Assembly (NCBI GenBank): GCA_045837725.1
Contig: JBEWZL010000123.1
Coordinates: 186,001 to 250,000, forward strand
Source of the DNA: Vermamoeba vermiformis
Taxonomy: Eukaryota
Length of the DNA: 64,000 bases
Direction: 5' to 3'
Shown here: positions 27,072-39,504 of the stretch, one piece after another
Layout: every line of letters begins with the position of its first letter
Numbering within the stretch: position 1 is the first letter of the stretch
Notes under the pieces: generated by a model
What the model was told of the DNA's origin: nothing
Seen by the model: only the letters and a program-made list of their open reading frames with translations
Database searches by the model: none
Translations under genes and position numbers: made by a program

Positions 27072-28207
27072 ATGTTTGGTCGATTACAGCAATCTTTATT
27101 CAAAGGCATCGGAAAAGCGATCCCTAAGTCAGTAACTAGCAAAACGACAAATAAGGGCTTGTTCTGGGGTCTCAAAAGTCAATCTCGATCTATCAACGTA
27201 GAAAATCGTATTAAAGAGCTTGGTTTTGATTTGCCTCCTGCTGTTAAGTAAGATCATATCGATATAACGATTAGTAGCTTTTATTTAACGCCTAACGCCT
27301 TTCAGTCCTGCTGCCAATTATGTTGGTGCAGTTAGAAGAGAAAATTTTATTTATTTGAGTGGACATCTGCCTTACAAAGTATGTATATTATTTTATAGAA
27401 TTTTTAGAATAAATTTTAGAGGCCATCGTAAAATAAACGAAATTTTCAGTTAATTTTGAATTTTCTTTAACGGATCTGGACGCTCGTATTCATCATCAGC
27501 AACTAATTTCGTATACCTAGGCGCCCAACTTTTATAGCGAGAAAGATTTAATCAAAGGCAAAGTTGGTCAAGATGTTACTGTCGAACAAGCATACGAAGC
27601 GGCAAGATCCTGTGCATTAGCTCTGTTGGGCACTCTTGAGCGTGAAGTTGACGATTTGGATTCGGTACGCTACATACGAGTTAAATTATATCAATGTGAT
27701 CGCTTCAGTATTAATTTTTGTTACCCGAATCACCAGGTCCAAATCGTTAAGGTGACTGGCTTCATTAACTGCACTGAGAACTTTACGGAGCATTCTCAAG
27801 TGCTGAACGGCGCTTCCGACTTCTTGGTACAAGTTTTTGGTGAAAGCCGTGGCTCACACACCCGATCAGGTACGCGTGTAACGACCTAAATCCGCTTACC
27901 TGAAACTGCTTTTGCTTCTAAAGCAATATGATATCATATAATATGATGCCGTATACCTAAATAAGTATAAGATCTTTGGCTAAGCTATCGAAGAATCTTT
28001 ATGACATTTGATCTCGGGATCTTACCGAGAGCCGTTCTTTATCGATACAATTGAATACTATTATACTCATCATATTCATATACATGTACTGATCGGTATT
28101 GTTTTATATTAGCCGTGGGAGTAAATTCATTGCCAAAGGGCGTTGCCGTTGAAATCGAAATGGTTGCTTATGCTTTGGAAGAGTACGTCAACAACAAAGT
28201 CGATTAA
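27072..28207 (+). CDS. Rid (YjgF/YER057c/UK114) family protein with mitochondrial-type presequence
   Basis: VENRIKELGFDLP..PAANYV..LSGHLP..GKVG..VKVTGFIN..VLNGASD..FGE..HTRSAVGVNSLP..VEIE. Confidence 0.88.
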
Positions 28208-28334
28208 AGTACGCTGCATGTTAAATAAACTCAATATATGTTAATATCCCATGCACTGGCTGATTGATTTTGAATTTTGATGCCTTGATCTGGCGGAGAA
28301 TTTTATATTTACATTTGTTATGTACATTGCGGAT

Positions 28335-29219
28335 TTATGGGGGAGGAGGCCTGAAGCTCGTTTTGATTCTATTCATCCATGCGTTATAGAACTCTATTGA
28401 CTTGTTATACACAAGTACAGCGGTGTCTTTTGCTCGATCAATTTTGAGCGGATCTTGATAGACTTGATAGCCAACAGCTGCGGTCAATCCGATGGCTCCA
28501 AGCTAATCACATGTATTAGTAATGTCAGTATGTTCGTAATGATTCACTTGAATATACCTTGCAAGCCAAAATTCCGAGTTGAAGAACGTAAGATCTGCGT
28601 TCCCAAGCCTTTAATTGCTGCCCATCAATTAATTTCATGCCTATTGAGCTACATCTCGGTGTATATACGCTTGTGGTAACGAATGTACCCCTATACGAGC
28701 GAATGTTAGCGTATATTTGATTTCCCGCCTTCGAGTGGATTAAAATTTAATTCAAAATTAAATAATTATTGACAAGAGCGACAGGAGTTAATTAATTTTC
28801 GATTGATTCACAATAGAATTGCCATAAACAACGTTATAAGAAAATTTTGTGACCGACCAAGTTCGGCAAACGAAATTTTTTATCGCGTGATCAGATCTGC
28901 ATATTTTTTACCTTGAAACAGGAATGTCATTCAGCTCCAAAACTGATTTGAATTTTGCTACATCGTTCAAGGGCACGAAATGGCTATCGTGGTAATTTTT
29001 GCATTCGTAGTATCGCTTGAAAAAGAATCCGTGAACAACATCTATTTCAGATTTGTTGCCAAAACGATCATACAAAATTACGTTTCTTTTTACATTCCAT
29101 TTGCCTTCTCGTCGTAATATTTTTTCGACTTTTTTCTCCAAATCATCTCCCTTATTTTTTAGTGCTCGTTTTTCAATCCACTTTTTAATCGGTGATTGCG
29201 CAGGCGTAGAAGTCTGCAT
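28335..29219 (-). CDS. Mrr-like PD-(D/E)XK restriction endonuclease domain with C-terminal hydrophobic anchor
   Basis: KGDDLEKKV..EIDVV..YECKNY..VPLNDVAKF..GTFVTTSVYT..LIDGQQL after splicing of two introns; then LQLGILACKLGAIGLTAAVGY. Confidence 0.75.
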
Positions 29220-29403
29220 TATAAATAAATAAATAACACGATTGCGCGTGCCTTCGTTGTCGTCTATTAAATCAGTTATGTGCTAATGCAATACAAAAGC
29301 TCAATAAAAAGTGGGATCTCACCCGACTTTCAGCTAAAATTTTCCTTCCGTTCAAACTCACTATTATAATTACTGATCTCGATAATAATACACACTTCTT
29401 GTG

Positions 29404-32400
29404 ATGGAGTCGACGAAGAAAGCAACGAGTGCTGTATCAGGTATAATACGAGCCGTTTTTTCGTTTTCGAATTGACTTTAACGGATGTTGGCTGGGATTT
29501 GTCCGAGAGCTCTATTAATCGTAAATATACGATAATTAATATACTGACACACGAATACAGAGACTGAGATCAAGGACCTGACACGTCTGTTGAATTCTCG
29601 AAATCCAAAAATTCAAGCAGGCATGCTGTGGATAATTGCAGCCCTATCAGCAGACGACGGTAATAATTAGAATATTTTATGATTATTTAGTACAAAAATA
29701 TCGGAGAAGGAGCGTTAATACGTAATTTAAAAATTACGGTGCCGTAATTATCCTAATTCGTTCGTTAAATCAAATTCAAATTCGTATATAACCTCTTAAA
29801 ATACGAATGTAATAATTAATTACGTATTTTATTGCAGAAAAATACAGAGACAGATGCGGATCATCAACGATAAGAACTTTATGCGAATTATTGCAATCAA
29901 AGGACATTAAATTACGCGTTGGCGCTATTGAAGCACTTTGCAACGTATCAATACATAACGGTATGCTATAATCACAGCTCTACATTGCTATTTTTAATTG
30001 ATTCGTATCTTTAACGGCTGATCCGCTCAAATCTCTTTAACGACCAGATCTAGCTTGAATTCGATTCTTGAACTATAATAATCTACTTAATAGACTAAGT
30101 TCAACGATAAACGATCGATAATAAAGCAGTTCAATCGGAGTAAATCACGACAGCAGATCTAAAATCTCCAAATTGATTTTTGACGCTCGTTGAGAGTGTC
30201 TTTGCTAAAATGCACCAATTAATTTCGTTCTATTTTTAGAGCATAATTGCAACGTGATCGTGCGTGAAGGAGGAATTAAACCGTTATTAGCGAGTTTTAA
30301 AATCAAAAAAGCGATTGTAAAGGAATGGGTGGCTTCAACATTATGTAATATAGCTTATAGCAATGGTAAGTCTCACTATATGATTTATTTAGAGTTCAAA
30401 TAATGCTGCTGATCAAATATACAAAATATTTTAATTTTTTTAATAATTTTTTCTGTCACTTTTACCGTGACTTGGTATGACCTCGTAATTATTACAATTT
30501 GTTCCTCGTTTGTACATATATAGTAGGTGCCTAATATGGTATATTCGCAATATTGATATCACATTGCAATGTACACGAGATTGGCTTAGATTGTTGTTTT
30601 TTGATGTGACACTTTGGTGCGAATTCACTGAACAACACGTGACTAATCATTGCACTTATTTATTCAGAACAAAATTGCGCATCGATTGAAAGTGAAGGCG
30701 GAGTTAAAGCGCTGATTGAACTCGTCAAGGACTCGAGTGAAAATGTTGTGCTTGCGGGCCTTGCTGCGCTGCGCAATTTGGTCGGAACATCGCGTAAGTA
30801 CTAGGAATGATAGCATATACTATAGGACACGAGTACTATCATATAGATATACCACTATTGATGTAGTACAAATACCCGATTCGTTTTCATACCGCGAACC
30901 CCTGTCACAAACAAATTTTTCGAATTGGGAACGGTACATTTCCTCTGTGATTTCAAGTAGATTGCAATTATAGCCATATAAAATTTATATACACTACATA
31001 TAACAAAAATGCTAGTTCGAATGTGACACTGACGTTGTTCTTTTTTTGACATGCAGGCCGTGCCGCGACTAATTTTGTCGATGGTGGTGGTATCTACGTG
31101 TTACTGGACACTTTGAGACCAGCTGTCGAGAACAACTTTGACTTGCACAGCACATTCAGCACGCAGAACTACAGCGAACAAGTGCACGACGAGGAGATCA
31201 TTGCCTCCGTGGTCTCTGTCTTCTGCAACTTGGCCTTCAAGAACGGTACGTGTGACACGTGTCATTTTTAATCCGCGCCTCGTGCTCGTCATTCTCGCGA
31301 TATTTTTCACGGCAACATAAGATTGAGAATAGGACTAACGAATATATAGAGGCCAATTGCAAGCGAATTGGAGAACAAGAAGGTTTGTTGAAAATGTTCC
31401 TCGAGTTATTGCCGCGGTACAAAAACAACGTTGAAATTCAACTGTCGATATTGGGCACATTGCACAACTTGTCTCAATATGGTAAGTGCTCGTGAGGCTG
31501 ATTATAGGCATTCCTTATTAACACCTTGGCACCTAGAGCCCAATTGTAAAATATTGTTGCAATTGAAGGCACTGCGCGTTGTCTCCGAGTTCGAGAAGTC
31601 CCCGCACTTGGAGCTCCGTGAGCCCGCAGGCAAAATCATCACCTTCGTGAAGAGTTATCAAGGTACGAGTGACGCGAGGCCTACTCTTGTAAGCGCTGTG
31701 GCCTAATTAGATATTATTATTATAGACCAAGAGGAGTTGGCTAAGAAATCAGGCATCGGCTTCAAAACACGCAAAACAAATGGCTCAACAATGGAGCCAC
31801 TCAACTTGGACAAAACGAAACAAAGCAGCAGCACTGCACGCAGTATTTTGTCGCCGCGTGACGTGCAGACGATCAACAACAAGAGCAGTCCAACGGCCGA
31901 TTCTTCAACACGCGGCAGTCAAACACACCGCGAGGGACAACACAACCGCAGCTTGAGCACCGAGGCCACGCTGAGCAGTGAGCGTGACGGGCGTAAATCA
32001 GAGGACCAATCACGCCATCATCACCACGACGAGAAAGACAAGGACAAGAAGCACAAGTCCTCGCGGAAGAAGGACTCGTCGTCGCGCGAGGGCAAAGACA
32101 AAGAGAAGGTCCAGACAGGACTGAGTGCTGATCGATTAGACGTGTCAGATCACAAGTCTGAGAAGCGCAAATCTGAGCGACGAAAATCAGAAAAGCGACG
32201 GTCAATCGATGCAGGCAATCGGTCCAAGTCCCCTTCAGGCGAGTCAAGTACAAATTTCAACAACGTAAATGTGAATAATACGGGCACTGAGGCCGAATCT
32301 CGACGTCACAAACACAGATCTGATCGACATAAGCGAGACGAGTTGAGTGAAAAGAAAGAAGATAAGATGAATAATGTTAATATTAACAACACTAGTAGTG

Positions 32401-32432
32401 GTGAAAAGAGCAACGGTGCGGATAAATCGTAA
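29404..32432 (+). CDS. Armadillo-repeat protein with charged disordered C-terminal tail
   Basis: Repeated N...I..EGG+K.L+ and LxNL motifs across many short exons. Confidence 0.75.
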
Positions 32433-32519
32433 AAACTTTCCCGCAGTTTTGAATTTTCACAACCAATTTTGATTCGCAATAAATAAGAGCTTATTTATTA
32501 ATTACATGGGTTTATTTTA

Positions 32520-35106
32520 TCAGCTCGTAAGATATTCTTGCATAAATGATTGTCGGCCTTGTTGTTTTGCATAGCCGTTCTTCATCAGAATAATCTTACT
32601 GCACAAGTACACGATGAATTCTTTCAGCTGCGGGGAGACAAGTGTCAGTTTTCAAAGTCACTATAAAACAATTATAACAATAATTATAAAGTACGTACCA
32701 CTGTGCCCGTTGTGTAGAGACCACCAGTGTCTTTGATTTGACTTGAAAGTGCTTGCAAGGTCGTGTGAAGCTTCATGAATATATCTACCTTCCTAGCGAA
32801 CAGTTCGTAATGCACTGCAATGGCAATCTCAACGAGGTTCATGAAACACAACAGATCGTCGTAGTTTGTAGCGCCTTGTTCGATTTTGATCGATTTCAAC
32901 AATTTGATGAGGTTGTGCATGTTGATCATTTCATCATTGCCTATCGTGAAGTATTGAATGCCCTGTACATTGCACATTAGATCACGTGATCTACTCGGCA
33001 AGGTGAGACATACCTCCATATTAGTAGCGGCCTCTAGTGACGCAGCTGCGAGATTGTGTCGAACGAACCTCGTCAGTGGCGTGCCATATGGTGTCATATT
33101 TATACATTGCACTAATGTTCTGTAATCAGTGCTTTCTATGTGCATGTGCTTAATGACATCGGGCTACAATAATAAATATATTAGTCATATATAAAGACAT
33201 TAGTAAGTACGTACAATGACGAGTTCATTACATCGGTGCAAATTAATGTACAGTGCCTCCATGACACGCTGCAGTTGCGACAACAGTTTAAATCCCTTAG
33301 TATCGAGTGTCATGTGATAGCACACACCTAATAAGGCGTATTTCTCGTCCCTTTCCAAGTCACATAAATCTTTTCGGATCAATATGCTCAGCGCATCTAA
33401 CACTTTTTGCAAGTTGAATAGTGGGAAGTGCACTGACCTAATGAAATCTCCGTTAATCACGTGCTCGTGTTGCGTGAAATCAACAAGCCTTGACATACCA
33501 TTCCCAATCGCGGTTATCAATGTCAACCATTTCTACGTCAACTGAAACCATTGCATTATTATTACTTCCTTCTTTAGTGTTACCTAATCCGATCACTTCC
33601 AAGTCCGCACCAAAATCACTGATCAGATCCAAAATCATGTGAAATGTGAGCACTTTACAGTCATCCGGATCCTTCGAACAGACGCAAGAATAAGTTATCG
33701 TTATAGCGGTATATGTTAGACTATCAAGCACTTACATTATTCAGTACTTCCATAAGTGTCTCATGGGCAGCCCACACAAGGTCTGGACTATCCGAGTGAC
33801 AGCCTGAAAAATGATTATTAATTAGTGTTCGGACAAAGGTCAAGTTTCATACAATTAAAATGAGACTAAAAGTTACTATAAGACTTACATATATGTAGCA
33901 GCCATCTGATAAAATGATCTGATTTCAAGAAGGGCTCACGACCAACAAGAAATTTGAGAGATCTGTTAAGCACCTTTTCGAACGGTGGTACGGTGCCTAT
34001 TAGAAGAGCAATATTAATATCGAGCTATAGTCTTATAATAGGTCTCGTCTACATACCAGTGAATAAGATGCAGCTCGGAGCTAATTCTTTCTTATCAAAC
34101 GGCAGGGGTGTCAATTCAAGGGTTTTCTTCCTCTGCGACACGACATTAGTACTCGTCTCATAAGGGATATTACCGTATTGTATTAATACATACCCAATTC
34201 TTAGTAAATAATTGATCTTTGCGCTCAATTTCTTTCGCTTCTTGCGAGACCGCAATTAACTGAAAATGTTAGATCTGTTAGTTTAAGTTCTTAGGCTTAT
34301 TTAACATTACGTTATATTATATTAGTATAGATAAGATGTTATACGTACTTTTTGTATTTTTTGATGTGATTTCAACGCTTGTTTTCGTTCTTCAATGTCA
34401 CCACTTTTCTCCGCGCTCTTCTCCAACAGCACATTGTGCACTTGCATCTCCACATCGCTGTCGCCACTGTCACTCTCGTCTTCCATGCGCCGCAGTTCAT
34501 TTAGTGCACGGTGCTTCTCGTGCTGGTGGGACTTGTACCGTTCATTTTCAGCAAGCAAAGCGTCGATGCCGTAGCGCATACCAGTGTTCGTTGTTTTTGA
34601 TTTTTTGGATTTGTTGGCGGATCTTAGTGGTCTTGTTTGTATTAGATTGTATATAACTCGTTATTTTGTTGTTGTTCGAGTCTTTTGTAACAGATGGAGC
34701 TCTTTTGCGAGTTTTCTTTGTGTTGGTATTATTCTCGGAATCTTTTTTGTTATTCTGCGCAGGTGGCGATGACGTATAATTGCTTAATATTCTGTATCAA
34801 AAAAGGTATAAGCATAAAAGGTACGGATCGCAGATGCACACTCCGAAAATGCTAGGAAATTAATTCTGAGATAAATTGATAATAAACATTGAGCTTTTGC
34901 AAATAAAAATATTTAAATATTCTATTCTTAAATAACAGAATAATAATTGATCCAACGCGTTCTTACTTGTTTATATCAACTGAAGACTCGCCATCGTCTG
35001 ACAATGATAATCTTTTCGATATGGGAATTGCAATTTCTTCATCGCTATCTTCCTCGTAGTTCTTCGTTAGCCTTTGCAAAGCCTCCGCTGTAAACTCGCC
35101 ATCCAT
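32520..35106 (-). CDS. SLF2/FAM178/Nse6-like (SMC5/6 loader) protein, tentative
   Basis: Spliced FIRWLLHICCHSDSPDLVWAAHETLME and C-terminal QIKDTGGLYTTGTVLKEFIVYL recall the SLF2 conserved domain; acidic disordered N-terminus. Confidence 0.45.
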
Positions 35107-35305
35107 TTATAAAAGAATTATAATACAGAATAAATAACCTATTGTTATATATACAAGCGCTTTCGCTGCTAATACGTAAATTGGGTCGCAAGCAGTTCAA
35201 AAATTTCGCGCGATGCAGGTCATATGACTGAATTTTTGGCGAGAACAAAAAAACATGGCCTAAGCATCGTTGATTTAGCTCCTTGTAATATAGCTTAATA
35301 CCACA

Positions 35306-38300
35306 ATGGACTCCGATAGTGTCAACTCCGAAGTGGAGAATATGGAAGTCGCCAGCATGAGGTACGATTTGCTTTCAATTTTTGGGATTCGATCGCGATT
35401 AGCAAAACGTTTTTTCATTTTTTGTTTTAAAATAAACCAATTGCATAACCATGTATAAAAGATCGTCTCTAATGCGATTTTGACGATCTTGATGCAGTCC
35501 TATTTTTTATTTTAATAATGACAGATCTAATCCACTTATTTTGCAGCGGATCTGGTGAAGAATCTCAAAATGAACAGCCCCAAAAGAAGGGTGTTAAACG
35601 AAAGGCATCAGAGGCCGGCTTAGGTATGACTAAAGCGAAACTAGTTGTTTGGATCGAAGATCACGATCTAACGTTCTGTGCTTGTAGACAAAGGCGAAGC
35701 TCGTAAAAAACAGAAATTAAAATTGAAAGAAAAGAAAATGGCGAAGCCAAACGCTCAGATGGTTTACGGTAAGTTCAACTTCGCTATCTGGATCAGATCA
35801 CTTCGTGCCGATTTCTCATTCTTATTTTTCATTATAGAGGCCAAAAAATTATGGGAACAAGTTAGACAAAAGAAAATTGAAAATGAAAAGAGAAAAGAAC
35901 TCGTTGGAAAGTTGATCGAAGTTGTTCAAGGCAAGATCCACGACGTTGTGTTCAAGAGCGATGCTTCTCGTGTGATTCAATGCATTTTGAAACATGGCAA
36001 TGAAGAGCACAGAAAAATCGTATTCACTGAATTGAAGGGTAAGAATCAACCTTTTTCTAATCCGCAGATCCGTCTGCCTGATCTTAGTCAACAAGATAAC
36101 TGATGCAAATCTAACATATAGATCATATTGTCGCCTTGGCTACTAACAACTACGGCCGCTTCTTGTTGATGAAGATGCTCAAGTACGGCACCAAAGAACA
36201 ACGCAACACTATTATCAGAACCTTCTACGGCTTTATTCGCAAGCAAATTAAGCACAGAGTAAGTTGATGACCTAATATATTTATAGTAATAGCATTATAC
36301 TAATATGATGACATTAGAATGCTTCAGAGGTCATCGAATACATCTTTACTGAGATCGCCACTGCACAACAACGAAATGAAATTATGGAAGAGTTTTACGG
36401 TCTTGAATACTCTACTTTTAAGGTTAGTAACGTATTATAGGTAGTCATGAAGAGCGTTGCGAACGGATGCGATCCGCTACGCGAGAAGGTTTATTGCAAA
36501 TACTAACGTTTATTTATAGACCTACGACAACCGAACACTCGAGACTATTCTCGAACAACACCCTGAGCGCAAAGAAGAGATTTTGAAGTTTATGAACGAG
36601 TACTTCTCGGCTCTGATTGACCAAGAGAACTTGTCCATTCGCTTTGACGTCATTCATGCGCCTCTATTGAAATACTTCCAGTATCCTTTTCAATTTAACT
36701 ATTCTCGTCCAATTAGATCATTTTTAAGATCCGTAATCGGATCCTTACAATAACCCTCAAAATAACTAAGGCGTAGTAATAATACAACGGAACAGTGTGT
36801 AGTCATCATGGTTCTGTTCTTTTTGAGCATGAATCACGATGACTTCAGTCGGTGGTGAAAGACAATTGTTTTTGATGATCGTCTGTTGTTTCTCGTTATT
36901 TTTTGAAGTTGTGGTTTTTGTTTTGCATCATTTGGTATTCATTATCAAGTGGTGTCAAGATAGCAACAACGATCAATTAGACGTTTGAGACTTGAAGATC
37001 GAACAATCAAGTCTTTTGATTGCTTCGCTTCAATATTCACCGACAAGCACCAAACAACAACAAAACTCGTTCCAAGAACAAAGTTTGGGCCTTCATAGTA
37101 CAAAGTGATTGCTTTATTCTTGATTCATCACTTTGCCTCCATAGTCCCTACATTCTTATAAACACATAATAACGATAATTTACAAATATTACCTTTTATG
37201 GAAAGTTATTCCTTAACCTTGTCTCCAGACACGCCAGTCACAAGCAGATTGTCGAAATGGCCGGCAAGTTGAACAAGATTCTGCCCCTCATTCTGCACAC
37301 GCGCAACGGCTCCAAGTTGTGTTTGTACTGCATTAACTACGGTGCTGCCAAGGACCGTAAAGCCATCATCAAGTCATTCAAGGGTCTCATCACTAAGATC
37401 TCCAAGGAAGAGTTCGGTCATATCGGTACGTACTTCAAATACTTTGGTGACATAAGCGCACGTGCTGATGCATTGTTTTAGTTCTTTTGAAGCTTCTTGA
37501 TTGCGTGGACGACACTGTGCTAGTCTCCAAACAAATTTTGAACGAAGTTAAGAAGAACTTGATGGAAATCATTCAAGACAAATACGGCCGTCTCGTGCTT
37601 CTCCAGTTGTTAGTACCTGGCAACAAGAGGTACTTCCCTCAGGTCACTATCGACTTGTTGCAGCCTGTCTTGGTTCCATCTGCCGAAGACCCCACCAAGC
37701 TCGTGAGCACTAGCAAGAAAGACCCTGAGATCCGTCGTCTTGAGTTGTGGAACACTATGCAAAAGGACATAATTGCCATGTTCAAGCGCTTTATGTACAA
37801 AATCATCACGAACTACCAAGCACGCGACGTCTTGTTAGAGACTATTATTGCTACCACTGGTAAGTTTCTAAACTATACTCGTAATAACAAGGCTAATGTA
37901 AAATGTGATAGACGCCAAGATCAAACAAGAGCTCTACGACGCCGTTCTCGAATGGGTTGACTTTGACGCCGAAGCCATGGCCCAACGCATCCAAGAAGAA
38001 GACGAAGAAGAGTCTCAATTGATGCGCGAGTTGTTGCAAGAGAACGAGAAGCTTGAAGCTCAACTCCGTGAAGAGCGCAAGCAACGTGCCGCTGAAATTG
38101 CTCTGAAGAACAAGAAGGCCAAAGAAGCTGAGCGCACTGGTGGCAATGTTGAAGAGGACGAAGAGCCTCAACAACCTCAAAAGGGCAAGGGCAAGGCTGG
38201 TCAACAGCAAGAAGTCCACGATCACAGCGAAGTGCTGGTTGGTGCTCCTACGAAGAAGTTCAAGAAGCTCAAGAACCCTCTTGAGGCCAACAAAGAGAAA

Positions 38301-39208
38301 GAGCCTCGTGAAGATCTCATGGTCAACTATTCGAGCAGCAGAACTCTTCGAAGAATCATCGAAGAAGGCAAGTATATTTCTTCTACTTTTATGATGGTAG
38401 CTTCAAAGTGGTATTGTCGAGGATTACAAACTAACGACTGAGTGTGTCATGATTACCTTTAATCACCAAGATCGCTGAGGACAATGCCACTTCATTCTTA
38501 AATTGAACGATATCCGTTTATTATCAGCGCCATTCTAACTTATCTATTGCAGAGCCTGACTTTGCCCCGTTGTTGCTGAACAAGATCAAGGACAAGATTG
38601 ACACCTACGCTACGAGCAAAGGTGCTTCATTCGTTGTGTTGAGTTTGCTCGAGTGCGAGACCACCCAAAAAGAGGTCAAGGACTTGTTGATGCCTCACTT
38701 GGCAGCTCTGAAGCAATCCAGCGAATCGGGCAGCAAGGTGCTCGTGAAGCATTTGACTGGCTCAGCGACGATCAAGAAACAAAAGTTGCAAGACTTGGGT
38801 GATGCCGCGTACATTCCTGGCCAGGACAAGATGGAGGTTGAACACGATGAACCCAAGCCTCAAGCTAAGCAAGCCAAGACTGAGGCAAAGACCGCTGCTA
38901 AGCCTCAAGCTAAGCCTGTTCAAGCCAAAGCTGCTCAAGCAAAGCCTGCGCAAGGCAAGGCTGACGCTAAGCCTGCGGCCAAGCCAGCTCAAGCTCAAAC
39001 TAAGCAACAGAACGGCGCTAGTGCCAAGCCTGCCAAGGCCGCTGCAAATGGTAACGGCGCAACAGTAGCAAAGAAGACAAATGACGCCGCGCCTGTAAAG
39101 AAAGCTGTGCCCGCTAAGAAAGTCGCTCCTGCCGCTGACACCAAAGTAGCTGCCAAAGCTAAACCTGTGAATAATACCGCTGCCAAGAAGAAAGTAGCAA
39201 AGAAATAA
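35306..39208 (+). CDS. PUM3: Puf6/PUM3 (Puf-A) nucleolar Pumilio-repeat protein with Lys/Ala-rich tail
   Basis: AKKLWEQVR, DASRVIQCILKHG, LHTRNGS, GAAKDRKAIIKSFK, DCVDDTVL and TSKKDPEIRRLEL motifs. Confidence 0.92.
36738..37211 (+). repeat. ~470-nt duplicated intronic segment (inverted copy at 48271-48743)
   Basis: Near-identical reverse complement of 48271-48743. Confidence 0.97.
36786..37155 (+). ncRNA. Long intronic box H/ACA RNA, copy 1
   Basis: GGAAC(36789)/GTTCC(37069) closing stem, H box AGAACA 37075-37080, 3' hairpin with CAAAGTGAT/ATCACTTTG upper stem, ACA at 37150 14 nt below that stem. Confidence 0.7.
38386..38482 (+). ncRNA. SNORD24: Box C/D snoRNA, U24/SNORD24-like, in GC-AG intron 38368-38552
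   Basis: C-like ATGATGG 38391, D' CTGA 38438, C' ATGATTA 38449, guide ATCACCAAGATCG plus D box CTGA 38475; guide complementary to LSU GAUCUUGGUGGU. Confidence 0.8.
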
Positions 39209-39283
39209 GAACTACAATAAAATAAAAATTCAAAATTATTATAGCCAAACAATAGTTAGTGTAAAAAGATTTTTCTCATAATT

Positions 39284-39326
39284 TTCTTTTTTTTTTTTTT
39301 TTTTTTGCCTTTTTTTTTTTTTTAAA

Positions 39327-39363
<37 letters not shown>
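39284..39363. repeat. Poly(T) tract between PUF6 and the next gene
   Basis: About 80 nt of almost pure T with a few interruptions. Confidence 0.9.
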
Positions 39364-39365
<2 letters not shown>

Positions 39366-39504
39366 CTTCGTGCGTCGGTTGTGTTCAATGAAATTTTAGA
39401 CGGGATCTATTTTAGACAAAATCTTTTTTGTTGAATATTGATACAACAAGTGCAATGAAGTGAGAATTATTTGGGCATACATAACAAATCAAATCAAGAA
39501 TAAG

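Larger units (their letters stand above)
36681..37228 (+). other. U12-type GT-AG intron of PUF6/PUM3
   Basis: 5' GTATCCTTT; TTCCTTAAC branch site at 37209-37217; splicing restores KYFQ-HASHKQIVEM. Confidence 0.92.

Noticed and set aside
36750-36762. TAACCCT as a telomerase RNA template in the H/ACA element
   Set aside because: It does not give the ~1.5 telomeric repeats expected and lies outside the closing stem of the predicted RNA
39284-39363. Poly(T) tract as a retroelement tail
   Set aside because: No adjacent element body or TSD seen; may be a homopolymer or low-quality assembly stretch
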